Origin: an uncultured Acidobacteriota bacterium
GTDB taxonomy: Bacteria > Acidobacteriota > Vicinamibacteria > Vicinamibacterales > UBA8438
Length of the DNA: 64,000 nucleotides
Assembly: GCA_913043225.1 (NCBI GenBank)
Contig: CAJWLU010000012.1
Coordinates: forward strand, 45,132 to 109,131
Direction: 5' to 3'
Shown here in pieces: positions 47,727-58,284 of this stretch (the stretch's first letter is position 1; each line of letters begins with the position of its first letter). A program made the position numbers and the translations under genes. The notes beneath the pieces are model-generated. The model worked only from the letters and a program-made list of their open reading frames with translations, did not search any database and had not been told where the DNA came from.

Positions 47727-49649
47727 CTAGACGGCAATCGCCTGCGCGAACGCCGCCATGTCGATGTCGATGGCCAGGCGCGTCTTCGCTTTCTCTATGT
47801 AGGCGACAAAGAACTGGTTCTGGCGTAGCGCCATCAGTTCGTCGCGCAGCGTCTCGCGAGTGGCCGCGAAATCGACCGGGTCGGCCTCCTGGCGCTCGTG
47901 CACGTGGAGAATGACGGCGCTGTTGCCGGTTAGGACCGGGTCGCTGGTCTCACCCGCATCCATCGAGAACGCCATTGCCTCGACCGACGCGTTCAGTCCG
48001 ACGCCGGGCACCGCGGCGCCGCGGGCAATCAGTTCGCTGCTGTTCACGGTCAGCTCGTCCGCCTCGGCAGCCGCGGTGAAGTCTTCGGCCTCTTTGAGCT
48101 GTGCGGCCACGGCATTGGCGCGCTCTTGCGCGGCCACGAACGCCTTGCGGCGGATGACGTCGTCACGGACTCGCGCTTCCACCTCGTCCAGGGGCGGGAC
48201 ATATGGGTCCTGCACGTCGGTCACCGTGACAAAAGCCGGGCCGGTCGGCGTGGTGATGGGGCCGGCTACTTCGCCTTCTGCCAGCTGAAACGCCTGGGTG
48301 GTTACTTCGGGTGAGAAGCCAAGACCCAGAATCGGCTCGCCAGGTCCGGCAAACCCGCTCTCCTGTGCCTCGAGCCCGCGCCGCTGGGCGGCGACGGTCA
48401 TTTCCTCGGGCGTGGTGATCTCGGCCGCCATCGCCTGGGCCAGCGCCTCGGCACGGGCTTGGGCGCTTTCCTGCTTCAGCAGCTGGACGATGCTCTCGCG
48501 GACCTCGTCGATGGTCTGTGACTCGCCACCGCTCTTTTCGGTGGCCTTGATCACGTGGATGCCGAACATGCTGCTGACCGGGTCGCTTACCTCGTCCTGG
48601 GCCAGCGCGAAGGCTGCGCCCTCGAACTCGGGTACCATCTGGCCGCGTTCGATCGGGCCTAGGTCGCCGCCGGCTTCTTTCGTGCCTTCGTCCTCGGAGT
48701 ACTGCCGCGCCAATTCGGCGAAGTCGGCGCCCTCGCGCGCCTGGGTCGCCAACTCCTGCGCTTGGGCCAGCACCGCGGCCTCGTCCTTGCCCTCGGTCCG
48801 CAGCAGGATGTGGCTGGTGCGGAGGTTCGTGGGCTGGGTGTAGCGCCCGGTGTTGTTGTCGTAGTAGGCCTGCACCTCGGCGACGCTCGGATTGAACGCG
48901 TCCTGCAGGGCAGGCACATCGATCAACACGAACTGTAGCCGGCGCTTCTCGGGCACGAGATAGTCGTTTGCGTTTTGCGCGTAGAGCGCGTCGACATCGT
49001 CTTCGGTGGCCTCGATGCCCTCGCGGAAATCGTCGGCGCGGAAGGAGATAGCGCTCAGCCGCACCCGTTCGTTGCGTGCTTCGTGCTCTTTCTGCAGATC
49101 CTCGTCGGCCACCGTGATCCAGTCGGTGACGGCGGCCTGCAGCCGCTCGAGCATCAGCGAGCGGCGAACTTGCTCCTCGAAGTCGGCCGGCGTCATCGGC
49201 GGCTGCTGCACGCGCAGCATCTGCATGTAGGCCTCTTCACCGATGAACACGCCGTTCTGTTGGAAGAGTGGCAGCGAGAGAATCCGCTCCCGAATCTCGG
49301 CGTCGGTTACGACCACGCCAAGTCGCTCGGCCTCCTGCAGCGCCGCATACTCGTCGATCATCTGCTGCAGCAGCTGACGGTCGATCCCCATCGACTGCAG
49401 GATCTCCGGCGTGATCTCACCGCCCGACTGGGCGCGGTACTGATTGAGTTGCGCCAGGTAGACGCTGCGGAATTCGCCGATCGTGATCTCCTGGTCGCCC
49501 ACCTGCGCGATGACATCGGTGAGGGCGCCCGGGGTCTCGGGCTGCGGCTGAATCAGCGGGAAGCCGAGAACCAGCAGCGCGAATCCGGCGAGAGCCAGCG
49601 TCCACTTTAGCCACCCGCGGTGGCGGCGCATGCGATCGAGCGTCGTCAT
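47727..49649 (-). CDS. PpiD-like membrane-anchored chaperone/parvulin PPIase
   Basis: MTTLDRMR plus TM helix, SurA N-domain, SHILL, FAELARQYSED, GGDLG, MVPEFE, FGIHVIK. Confidence 0.9.
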   Translation of the reverse strand: MTTLDRMRRHRGWLKWTLALAGFALLVLGFPLIQPQPETPGALTDVIAQVGDQEITIGEFRSVYLAQLNQYRAQSGGEITPEILQSMGIDRQLLQQMIDEYAALQEAERLGVVVTDAEIRERILSLPLFQQNGVFIGEEAYMQMLRVQQPPMTPADFEEQVRRSLMLERLQAAVTDWITVADEDLQKEHEARNERVRLSAISFRADDFREGIEATEDDVDALYAQNANDYLVPEKRRLQFVLIDVPALQDAFNPSVAEVQAYYDNNTGRYTQPTNLRTSHILLRTEGKDEAAVLAQAQELATQAREGADFAELARQYSEDEGTKEAGGDLGPIERGQMVPEFEGAAFALAQDEVSDPVSSMFGIHVIKATEKSGGESQTIDEVRESIVQLLKQESAQARAEALAQAMAAEITTPEEMTVAAQRRGLEAQESGFAGPGEPILGLGFSPEVTTQAFQLAEGEVAGPITTPTGPAFVTVTDVQDPYVPPLDEVEARVRDDVIRRKAFVAAQERANAVAAQLKEAEDFTAAAEADELTVNSSELIARGAAVPGVGLNASVEAMAFSMDAGETSDPVLTGNSAVILHVHERQEADPVDFAATRETLRDELMALRQNQFFVAYIEKAKTRLAIDIDMAAFAQAIAV

Positions 49650-50168
49650 GATGCAATCAACTCCCTGAACGGGTGGTCCGTACCGTAGGTAGCGAAGCCA
49701 CACCCGAATTCTCGATCTTACGGTACCGGTTCTGAAAGCGGCAAGCGCTGACCCAGAATGAGACACCCCACCGGATTGCGGGTGAGCTGGGGTGGAGGGT
49801 TGCACTACATTGGTGCGTCCGAGGCCCCCAAATATGTTACATTTATGCGGTACTGAAGGACTTAGGGGAACTGACAGAACAGACCTGAGTATGGCGGCAC
49901 GGGGTCACAGCAAGACGGCAAGACAACGCCAGACGCCACCCCGGCCAGGTCTGACGGTTGCCGTTGTTCATCACGCCGGGCCAGACGTCGAGGCCCATCT
50001 GGCTCGCCTGGCGCGTCAGCGCCGCTACCACTTCGCCTACTGTTTGCAATTAGCGCTCCAGTCGACCGGCTGCTGCAGGCGGTCGAAGACGCCATGTACT
50101 GGGGCAAGGCCCATGGGAAGGACGGTATCCAACTGGCGAGTGCCGTCGCGTGAGAAGGGACTGAGTCG

Positions 50169-51194
50169 TTGAGTTTTCGTTCACTGTTCGCACTGTTTTC
50201 GAGCGACCTCGCCATTGACCTGGGTACGGCCAACACCTGTGTCTACGCCCACGGCAAAGGCATCGTGGTGAACGAGCCGTCGATCGTGGCTATAAACAAG
50301 GTAACTGGGCGGGTCGAGGCCGTGGGGCGCGAGGCGAAGGAGATGCTGGGGCGGACGCCTGGCAACATCATCGCCATTAAGCCGATGAAGGACGGGGTGA
50401 TCGCCGACTTCGAGATCACCGAGAAGATGCTCACCTACTTCATCAAGCAGGCGCACAACCGGAAGATGGGCGTGCGGCCGCGCATTGTCATCGGGGTGCC
50501 GTCGGAGATCACCCAGGTGGAGAAGCGGGCGGTGAAGGACAGTGCCTACCGGGCGAAGGCGAGCGAGGTCTATCTGGTCGAAGAGGCCATGGCGGCCGCC
50601 ATTGGTGCCGGCATGCCGATCACCGAGCCAGCGGGCAACATGATCGTCGATATCGGCGGTGGCACTACCGATATCGCCGTCATCTCGCTGGCTGGCATCG
50701 TCTATAGCAAGGCAGTGCGCGTAGCTGGAAACTCGATGGATGAGGCGATCATCCAGTACATCAAGAAGACCTATAACTTGCTGATCGGCGAACGCACGTC
50801 GGAAGAAATCAAGAAAAGGGTCGGGTCGGCCTACGGGCTGGACGACCGCATCACGATGGAGATCAAGGGCCGGCACCTCATCGAGGGCGTGCCGAAGACT
50901 ATCACCATCACCGATGAGGAGATTCGCGAGGCGCTGGCCGAGACGGTCAATGTCATCGTTGATGCCGTCCGGGTGGCGCTCGAGCGTACCCCGCCCGAAC
51001 TCTCGGCCGACATCGTCGATAGGGGTATCGTGCTGACCGGCGGCGGGTCGTTGCTGAAGAACTTGGACAAACGGCTTCGGGAAGAGACCGGCCTGCCCTC
51101 GGCCATGGCTGAAGCCCCTCTGTCGTCGGTTGTGCTCGGGGCGGGCAAGATGCTGTCTGACTTCGGGTTGCTGAGGAAGATTTCGATTGATTGA
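50169..51194 (+). CDS. mreB: Rod shape-determining protein MreB
   Basis: IDLGTANT, DIGGGTT, LTGGGSLL. Confidence 0.98.
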   Translation: MSFRSLFALFSSDLAIDLGTANTCVYAHGKGIVVNEPSIVAINKVTGRVEAVGREAKEMLGRTPGNIIAIKPMKDGVIADFEITEKMLTYFIKQAHNRKMGVRPRIVIGVPSEITQVEKRAVKDSAYRAKASEVYLVEEAMAAAIGAGMPITEPAGNMIVDIGGGTTDIAVISLAGIVYSKAVRVAGNSMDEAIIQYIKKTYNLLIGERTSEEIKKRVGSAYGLDDRITMEIKGRHLIEGVPKTITITDEEIREALAETVNVIVDAVRVALERTPPELSADIVDRGIVLTGGGSLLKNLDKRLREETGLPSAMAEAPLSSVVLGAGKMLSDFGLLRKISID

Positions 51195-52029
51195 GCCCCG
51201 TCGGCGCACCCGTAACTGGCTGGCCATGGCGGTGACCTGCCATGTCTTGTTGATCTCGTTGCAGGTCAACACTGCCTCCGGCGTGCGCGTGTTTGAAGGG
51301 GTGGCTTTCGGGTTGTTCGCCGAGGTCCAGCGGTTGGTCAGCGGCAGCGTCGAGCAGTTGTCCGAGCTGTGGGCAGGCTACGTGGGGCTGGTCGAAGTTC
51401 AGGCCGAGAACGACGCCCTGCGACGCGAGGTGTCCGAACTGCAGCTCGAGGTGCAGCAGGAGCGAGCGCTGGCCCAACGGGCGCGCGGACTGGAAGAGCT
51501 GCTTGACATGCGTCGGGAGGTGAACTTCTCGACGGTGGGCGCCCGGGTGATTGCCGGTGACGCTACGCCCTACTTCCGCACCGTGACCATCGATCGCGGG
51601 ATTAGCGACGGCGTGCGGCACGATTCGGCTGTGGTCTCGCCCAAAGGGGTGGTGGGGCGCGTGGTGCGCGACCCGGGGCCGCGTGCAGCACGGGTGCAGC
51701 TGCTCATCGATCGCAACGCCGCTGCAGGCGCGCTCGTCGAGCGGAACAGGGTGGCCGGGCTGGTCGCGGGCGAAGAAGACGGCACACTCAGCATGGAGTA
51801 CGTGTCGAACCTCGACGATGTGCAAGTCGGCGATGCGGTGATCACCTCGGGCATCGACGGGATCTACCCGAAGGGGTTCGTCATCGGCACGGTGGCGCTC
51901 GTCGAACATGGGTCCGGGCTCTACAAGACCATCGAGGTGGAGCCGGCCGTGGAGTTTGCCGACCTGGAGGACGTGCTCGTGATCGTGCGTGAGCCGACCC
52001 CGGTCGGGGCGGCCGCAGGCGGCGGATGA
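51187..52029 (+). CDS. mreC: Rod shape-determining protein MreC
   Basis: TM plus coiled coil; IDRG..DGV, GVVGRV, TSG.DGIYPKG; operon position. Confidence 0.95.
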   Translation: MIEPRRRTRNWLAMAVTCHVLLISLQVNTASGVRVFEGVAFGLFAEVQRLVSGSVEQLSELWAGYVGLVEVQAENDALRREVSELQLEVQQERALAQRARGLEELLDMRREVNFSTVGARVIAGDATPYFRTVTIDRGISDGVRHDSAVVSPKGVVGRVVRDPGPRAARVQLLIDRNAAAGALVERNRVAGLVAGEEDGTLSMEYVSNLDDVQVGDAVITSGIDGIYPKGFVIGTVALVEHGSGLYKTIEVEPAVEFADLEDVLVIVREPTPVGAAAGGG

Positions 52030-52553
52030 GGGCGGCCCAGGTCGGGGTGGCGCTGGCGTTCGCGCTGGCGTCGCAGACGACGCTGGTGTCCAGGATGACC
52101 GGGGCGGCTACGGTCGACCTGGTGCTAGTGGTGGTCCTCGGTGTGGCGATGCGGCAAGGAGCCGTCGCCGGGTTGTGGACCGGCACTGTCGGAGGGTTGC
52201 TGCAGGATGCGTTGTCAGGAGGTGTGGTTGGCGTCGGCGGTCTGGCTAAGACACTGGTCGGCTATTTCGTCGGTCGCTTCGCCTCGCAGTTCGACGTCGA
52301 CCGTCTCTGGCAGCAGGTGATGGTGTTTTTCTTCGGCTCGCTGCTCCACGCCGGCGTGTTCGTTGGCATTTACAGCCTGTTGTCTGACGCCGCGATGCTG
52401 AGTTCGTATGCGGCCGCACTGACCCAGGCGGGTGCCAACGCCGCGATTGGCGTCGGTGCCGGTCTGGCGCTGGCCGCCGTGCCTAGCGTGGAAGAGCGAC
52501 AGCGTCGCCGGAAGCGACGCCTGGAACGACGCTTCGGACGACGGGCGCACTGA
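52026..52553 (+). CDS. mreD: Rod shape-determining protein MreD
   Basis: Hydrophobic, GLLQDALSG; operon position. Confidence 0.9.
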   Translation: MRAAQVGVALAFALASQTTLVSRMTGAATVDLVLVVVLGVAMRQGAVAGLWTGTVGGLLQDALSGGVVGVGGLAKTLVGYFVGRFASQFDVDRLWQQVMVFFFGSLLHAGVFVGIYSLLSDAAMLSSYAAALTQAGANAAIGVGAGLALAAVPSVEERQRRRKRRLERRFGRRAH

Positions 52554-52554
52554 C

Positions 52555-54468
52555 ATGAGACCGGAGCTGGACACTGAGCCTGGCCTGCCCGGGCGCGACA
52601 GCATGACGATTCCGCTCGCCCTGATGAGGACGATGGTCGTGGTGGCTTTCGCAGGGCTCGGGGTGGGGTTCTGGTTTTTCCAGGTGGCCCAGCACGAGAA
52701 GTTCGCCGAGCTGGCCGAGAACAACCACCAGCGCACCATCGCGCTTAGCGCGCCGCGGGGCGCCGTGTTCGACCGCGATGGACGTCGACTGATCGAGAAC
52801 CGCTACTCGCTCAACATCTCGCTCGTTCGCGAGGAGGTTGAGGACATCGACGCCACTATCGAGACGTTGTCTGACGTGGCCGGCGTGCCGCTCGCAGCGC
52901 TCGAGGCCGTAATCGAGCGGCATCGCCGTGACCCGCCCTATCGACCCACCGTGCTCATCCGAGATGCCTCGCTGGGGCAGGTGGCGGCGGTGGAGGCCCA
53001 TGCCATCGAGCTGCCCGGCCTGTTCGTGCAGCAGCTGCCCACGCGGCACTACCCCACCAACGAGGTCGGGGCACATCTCTTCGGCTATGTCGGCGAGGTA
53101 AGCGACGCGCAGCTCGCTAGCGACGCCTTTGCAGGTGTGCGTAGTGGCACCGTCGTTGGGAAGTCTGGCATCGAACAAATCTATAATCAGCTGTTGATGG
53201 GTACCGATGGGGCTCGCCAGGTCGTGGTTGACAGCCTCGGCCGCGAAATTGACACACTCGGCGAAGAGCTTCCACTCGAAGGCCAGCAGCTGCAGCTGAC
53301 GCTTGACTACGACCTGCAGGAGGCGGCCGAGGCGGCGTTCGAGGTGGCCGGGTTCGATGGCGCGGCGGTGGTGCTCGACCCACGCACTGGCGAGGTGCTG
53401 GTGTTTGCCAGCGTGCCCGCCTACGACCCCAACGCTTTCGCCATGGGAATCGACGGCGAGACTTGGGGTGCGCTTAACTCCGATGCCAGGCTGCCGCTCA
53501 ACAACCGGGCGCTCCAGAACCGCTACCCGCCCGGGTCCATCTTCAAGATCGCGATGGCGGTTGCGGCGCTCGAAGAGGGGATCATCTCGTCCGACTTCAA
53601 AGTACCCTGCGGCGGGGGCGGTACCTTCTATGGCAGTTATCGCCAGTGCCACAGTTCGCATGGCACGGTCGATCTTCGCACCGCGCTCGAGAAGTCGTGC
53701 AATACCTACTTCTACACGCTCGGCGAGATGATGGAGATTGACCATATCCACCAGTGGGCTACCGCGCTGGGCGTTGGCGAGCTTACCGGGATCGACCTGC
53801 CGTTCGAAGTGGGGGGGGTGATGCCGTCGACCGAGTGGAAGCGTGAGGCGAGAGGCGAGCCCTGGTATCCGGGTGAGACCATCTCGGTGGCTATCGGGCA
53901 GGGGCAGGTCACCGTCACGCCGCTGTCGCTGGCGGTGATGATGGCGACAGTCGCCAATGGCGGCACTCGCGTGACGCCGCACTTGCTGAAGGCAGTCAAC
54001 GAGGGAAATGGGTTCGTGCCGGTGCGGCGCCCGGTGCCCCGGTCTGAAGTGGAGCTGTCGCCCGAGACGTTGAGCGCGGTGACCGACGGGTTGTGGTACG
54101 TCGTCAACCGCGCCGGCACCGGGCGCAGCTCGCGCATCGAAGGACGCGACGTGATCGGGAAGACCGGTACGGCGCAGGTGATTTCGCTGGAGGGCCGCAA
54201 AGCGGCCGGCGAGGATGACGAGCGGTTCCGTGACCACGGCTGGTTTGTGTTTGCGGCGCCCGCCCACGCGCCCGAGATCGCCGGGGTCATCTTCGGCGAA
54301 CACAACGATGGCGGGTCGCGGAGCGCGCCGATCGCGAAGCACATCATGGAAACCTACTTTGCCAAGCAGGACGGCTTGCCGCGACCGGTATTACCGCTGC
54401 CGTCCACGCCGCAGGTGGTGCCGCCCGTGGTGCCGCCGGTAGTGGTGGCCGCGACCGACCAGGATTGA
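52555..54468 (+). CDS. mrdA: Penicillin-binding protein 2
   Basis: APRG.VFDR, PGSIFK, SCNTYFY, GKTGTAQ. Confidence 0.95.
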   Translation: MRPELDTEPGLPGRDSMTIPLALMRTMVVVAFAGLGVGFWFFQVAQHEKFAELAENNHQRTIALSAPRGAVFDRDGRRLIENRYSLNISLVREEVEDIDATIETLSDVAGVPLAALEAVIERHRRDPPYRPTVLIRDASLGQVAAVEAHAIELPGLFVQQLPTRHYPTNEVGAHLFGYVGEVSDAQLASDAFAGVRSGTVVGKSGIEQIYNQLLMGTDGARQVVVDSLGREIDTLGEELPLEGQQLQLTLDYDLQEAAEAAFEVAGFDGAAVVLDPRTGEVLVFASVPAYDPNAFAMGIDGETWGALNSDARLPLNNRALQNRYPPGSIFKIAMAVAALEEGIISSDFKVPCGGGGTFYGSYRQCHSSHGTVDLRTALEKSCNTYFYTLGEMMEIDHIHQWATALGVGELTGIDLPFEVGGVMPSTEWKREARGEPWYPGETISVAIGQGQVTVTPLSLAVMMATVANGGTRVTPHLLKAVNEGNGFVPVRRPVPRSEVELSPETLSAVTDGLWYVVNRAGTGRSSRIEGRDVIGKTGTAQVISLEGRKAAGEDDERFRDHGWFVFAAPAHAPEIAGVIFGEHNDGGSRSAPIAKHIMETYFAKQDGLPRPVLPLPSTPQVVPPVVPPVVVAATDQD

Positions 54469-54485
54469 ACCGGACACGGAGACCA

Positions 54486-55586
54486 ATGCTTGAACGTCGT
54501 CTCTATCGTCACATCGACTGGCTGCTCCTCGGGGCAGTCGTGGTCCTTTGCGCTATCGGCGTGACGATGATCTACAGCACCACTCATGATCCGACGGCCG
54601 GTGCCGCAGGGCCGCAGGTGCGGACGCAGCTCGGGGCGCTGGCGCTGGGCTTCATCGCCTTTGCCGTGCTGCTGCTGATCGACTACCGCTGGTTGTCCGA
54701 TTCCTGGGTGACCATCTTCGTCGGCCTGCTGGCGATGTTGGCCTACGTGCTGCTGTTTGGCGTGGTCGACGGCGGGGCGCAACGGTGGATTGGGCTGGGG
54801 CTCTTCAACCTGCAGCCGTCGGAGTTCGCGCGCATCGTGGTGTCGCTCGGGCTAGCCACCGTGCTCTATCACCGGCGCTGGGCGCTCCAGACGCCGGTGG
54901 GCTGGCTGATGGTGGCGGGCATCGTGGGGGCGCCGGCGTTGCTGATTTACCAGCAGCCGGATCTCGGTGCCGCGGTCACGCTGTTGCCGGTGGCGTTTGC
55001 GATCCTCTTGTTCGCTGGCCTGCGGCTCCGCTATGTGGCGATTCTCGTCGCCGTGGCGATCTTGGTTGCCCCGGTGGCCTGGACCTATGGTCTGCAGGAT
55101 TATCAGCGCCAGCGGATTTCGAGTTTCCTGGACCCCGAGCTGGACCCTCAGGGCGCGGGCTGGCAGCAGCGACAGGCACGGATTACTGTCGGTTCGGGTG
55201 GGCCGCTGGGGAAGGGATTCCTCCAGGGTACGCAGAGCCAGTACAAGTTCCTGCCGGTCGCGCACAACGATTTCATTTTCTCGGTGCTCGCGGAAGAGCA
55301 AGGGTTCCTGGGCGTGGTGTTCGCGCTTGGGCTGTATCTGTTCGTGATCTTGCGAGGGCTCGACGCGGCCCGGCTGGCTAAAGACCGCTTGGGGAGATAC
55401 CTGGTGGTTGGCATCATGTCTGGGTTCGCGTTTCAGGTGATCTACAACATTGCCATGTCGGCGGGGCTCGCGCCGGTCAAAGGGTTGACGTTGCCGCTCA
55501 TGAGCGCTGGCGGAACTTCCGTCATCGCCACCTTGGCGGCGTTTGGGCTTGTCCTCAACGTGAGGATGCGCAGGTTTACGAACTAG
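54486..55586 (+). CDS. rodA: SEDS glycosyltransferase RodA
   Basis: GAQRWI, QPSEF, QPDLG, HNDFIFS..AEE.GF. Confidence 0.95.
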   Translation: MLERRLYRHIDWLLLGAVVVLCAIGVTMIYSTTHDPTAGAAGPQVRTQLGALALGFIAFAVLLLIDYRWLSDSWVTIFVGLLAMLAYVLLFGVVDGGAQRWIGLGLFNLQPSEFARIVVSLGLATVLYHRRWALQTPVGWLMVAGIVGAPALLIYQQPDLGAAVTLLPVAFAILLFAGLRLRYVAILVAVAILVAPVAWTYGLQDYQRQRISSFLDPELDPQGAGWQQRQARITVGSGGPLGKGFLQGTQSQYKFLPVAHNDFIFSVLAEEQGFLGVVFALGLYLFVILRGLDAARLAKDRLGRYLVVGIMSGFAFQVIYNIAMSAGLAPVKGLTLPLMSAGGTSVIATLAAFGLVLNVRMRRFTN

Positions 55587-55809
55587 GACTCGTGAGGGTG
55601 CTGAGCAGGAGGCTCCGCGACCTCACCTTCATCACGCCGTCGCCGGTTCGGTCGGTCGGACGGTAGGAGAGCGAACGAGTTGCCGATGAGCGCTTTCCTG
55701 GGTGAGACCCCGTCGATCCGCACGCTCGGTGTCGAGCCGCGGATCCGAGTGTGTGTCGAAGCTCAGGCAAGGAGCGGCGCCCGTTCGCCTCTGATCTGGA
55801 GCTGCATCG

Positions 55810-57498
55810 ATGAACAAGGAGATGATCATCTCCGCCAGCGGCCACGAGACGATGGCCGCTATCCTCGAAGACGACGACGTTGTCGAGATCTTTGTCGAAC
55901 GCGATGAATCCCGCGGCGTCGCCGGCAATATCTACAAGGGACGGGTGTCGAAGGTGCTGCCAGGCATGCAGGCCGCCTTCGTGAACCTGGGGCTTGAGCG
56001 AGACGGTTTCCTGTACGTGGCCGACGTCATCGACCCGATGGCCTCGATGGAGGGCATCGACGCGTCGGACGGCGAAGGCGACTCGAATGGCAACGCCGCC
56101 GAGCCGGACGGGAATGTTGCGGAACCGAAGGGTAATATCGCCGAGCCCAACGGCAACGTGGCGAAACCGAAAGGCAATGTCGCGCCAGCCAACGACAAGG
56201 GCGCAAATGGCTCGGGAGGGCGTGGCCGTGGGCGTGGCCGTGATCGTGGCCGTGATCGTGGCCGCGACCGGAGCGGGCCCGACCAGCAGATCGACAAGTT
56301 GCTGACCGCCGGTCAAGAGATCATGGTGCAGGTGGTCAAGGAGCCGCTCGGCACCAAGGGCGCCCGGATCACCTGCCACATCTCCATCCCTGGACGCTTT
56401 CTTGTCTTCATGCCGACCGTCGACCACATCGGTGTGTCGCGAAAGATTTCCTCACGCGAACAGCGCGGTCGCCTGCGGCGGATCGTGCGCGAGTTCCGTG
56501 AAGAGCATGCCATGCCGGGCGGTGTCATCATCCGGACGGCCGCCGCCGAGCGCACCAAAGAGGAGATCATTAGCGATCTCACCTATTTCCACGAGCTCTG
56601 GACCGAGACGCTTGAGAAGGGGGAGAAGCGCCGGGCGCCGGTCGTGATTCACCGGGAGGAAAGCCTGGTGGCCAAGCTGCTGCGCGACCTGCTTACGACG
56701 GACTTCTCGTCGATTCGCATCGATGACCAGAAGGCGTATCGGAAGGCCGAGCGGCTGGTCGAGCGGATTATGCCTGACCTGGTGTCGCGCGTACACCACT
56801 ACGACAAGAGTTTTCCCATCTTCGAGGAGTACGGGGTGCAGGCCGAGATCGACAAGGCGCTGCGCAGCAAGGTGTGGCTGAAGTCGGGCGGGTATCTGGT
56901 CATCAACCAGACCGAGGCGTTGGTGGCCATCGACGTCAACACCGGCCGTTACGTTGGCAAGCGGACGGGCCGGCTCGAAGACACCATCGTCAAGACTAAC
57001 CTCGAGGCAGTGAAGGAGATCGTGCGCCAGATCCGTTTGCGGGATCTTGGCGGGATCATTGTGCTGGACCTCATCGACATGGAGGAGCGTAAGAATCGCC
57101 AGAAGGTCTATCAGGCATTCGAGCAGGAGATCCGGCGAGACCGGTCGCCCTCCAAGGCGGTACAGGTATCCGAGTTCGGGTTGATCATCACCACCAGGAA
57201 GCGGGTTAAGCAGAGTCTCGAGCGGCAGCTGACCGACCCTTGTCCCTATTGCTCTGGCAGTGCGGTGGTGAAGTCCACCTCGACGATCTGCTTCGAGATT
57301 CTTACCGAGTTACAGAAGATCAGCGCTGACCTCAACGGTCAGCACATCCAGCTGCGCGTTAATCCTGACGTGGCACGTGCCCTGACCTCGGAGGAGCGCG
57401 GCGTGTTCCGCGAGATCGAACGCACCCTCGACAAAGCGGTCACGCTCTCTCCGGACGCTCTCTTGCATCACGAGCAGTTCGACGTGATGACGCTCTAA
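55810..57498 (+). CDS. rng: Rne/Rng family ribonuclease (RNase G size)
   Basis: GNIYKGRV..VLPGMQAAFV, IDVNTG, LRDLGGII..D.IDM, CPYC.G. Confidence 0.92.
   Translation: MNKEMIISASGHETMAAILEDDDVVEIFVERDESRGVAGNIYKGRVSKVLPGMQAAFVNLGLERDGFLYVADVIDPMASMEGIDASDGEGDSNGNAAEPDGNVAEPKGNIAEPNGNVAKPKGNVAPANDKGANGSGGRGRGRGRDRGRDRGRDRSGPDQQIDKLLTAGQEIMVQVVKEPLGTKGARITCHISIPGRFLVFMPTVDHIGVSRKISSREQRGRLRRIVREFREEHAMPGGVIIRTAAAERTKEEIISDLTYFHELWTETLEKGEKRRAPVVIHREESLVAKLLRDLLTTDFSSIRIDDQKAYRKAERLVERIMPDLVSRVHHYDKSFPIFEEYGVQAEIDKALRSKVWLKSGGYLVINQTEALVAIDVNTGRYVGKRTGRLEDTIVKTNLEAVKEIVRQIRLRDLGGIIVLDLIDMEERKNRQKVYQAFEQEIRRDRSPSKAVQVSEFGLIITTRKRVKQSLERQLTDPCPYCSGSAVVKSTSTICFEILTELQKISADLNGQHIQLRVNPDVARALTSEERGVFREIERTLDKAVTLSPDALLHHEQFDVMTL
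56086..56271 (+). repeat. Coding tandem repeats inside the S1 domain of the ribonuclease
   Basis: About five 21-nt units (A-E/K-P-x-G-N-V/I), then 12-nt CGTGGCCGTGAT-type units (RGRD). Confidence 0.85.
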
Positions 57499-57530
57499 GT
57501 CAGGAAAGACCAGCGGCCTACACGTAGGCT

Positions 57531-58038
57531 TCAGGCGCTAGCCCGAAGGCTAGGGGCGGAAGCTCTCGGGCTGGAGTGCGTTTGTCCGACCAGCAGATGC
57601 AGAAAATGATGTGTCCCGCCTTGATTCACCAAGACGTGAAGATACTCCTCGTCGCGGAGCACGTCCACGCGTGAGCTGCCACTCGATGGACCCTGGTCTT
57701 AGCCTCGTTGCCGATCTCACTCTGCGGCACGATGCTCGCTAGGACGCGGCCGCACACCTGGTGCCCTGCCGGAAGGCGACGAAGCCTTTAAGCACGCTGA
57801 GCTAGCCCACCGCGGCGGGCGACGCCTCACTAGCCGTCAATTGAGACTCGTACGTGCCCGCGGCCAGCGACTGGCCGTTGGCCATGACCTGTCTTGGCAG
57901 CTTTATCGATCTCAGTTCGACCTGGCAGGCCGGTACGTTGACGGTACCGGCGGTCGTCTATGCGACGCTCGGCCTGGTCAGTTCCAGCCCAATCGCGACG
58001 CTCGCCAATGTGTATACCGCGAAGTTGTGTCGAGTTAT
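57531..58038 (-). pseudogene. Decayed gene for a small secreted protein
   Basis: Signal-like TRHNFAVYTLASVAIGL..PSVA*, LPRQVMANGQSLAAGTYE...PAAVG*, then frameshifted GRVLASIVPQSEIG and VDVLRDEEYLHVLVNQGG; start codon reads ATA. Confidence 0.65.
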
Positions 58039-58235
58039 GCGTTTTCCCGTGCCAGGGAGTCCGGCTGTTGGGACCAGGCAGATCCGAATAGGAACCATTC
58101 TGACTGAGCGCCGATCGGGCCCTTGGCCGCTAGCAGTGGGCTACGCGACTAGCTCGGTCTCGGGGTCGCGGCGAGGCGTCCTTGCCTGCGGTCTTACTTT
58201 TCGTTCGCATACTGCCCGTATGCTCCCTCGTCGCG

Positions 58236-58266
58236 CCGGCAGGCTGCTCCATAACGAGCCTGCCGG
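58236..58266 (-). terminator. Hairpin downstream of the MGMT gene
   Basis: CCGGCAGGCT...AGCCTGCCGG; no U tract. Confidence 0.4.
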
Positions 58267-58284
58267 GCGTGCGGAGGGGACCCA

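Noticed and set aside
57499..58284. 6S RNA, RNase P RNA or tmRNA in the long gap
   Set aside because: Only short chance similarities (AGGAAAGACC, CCCACC..GCGGG); a pseudogene reading explains the region better
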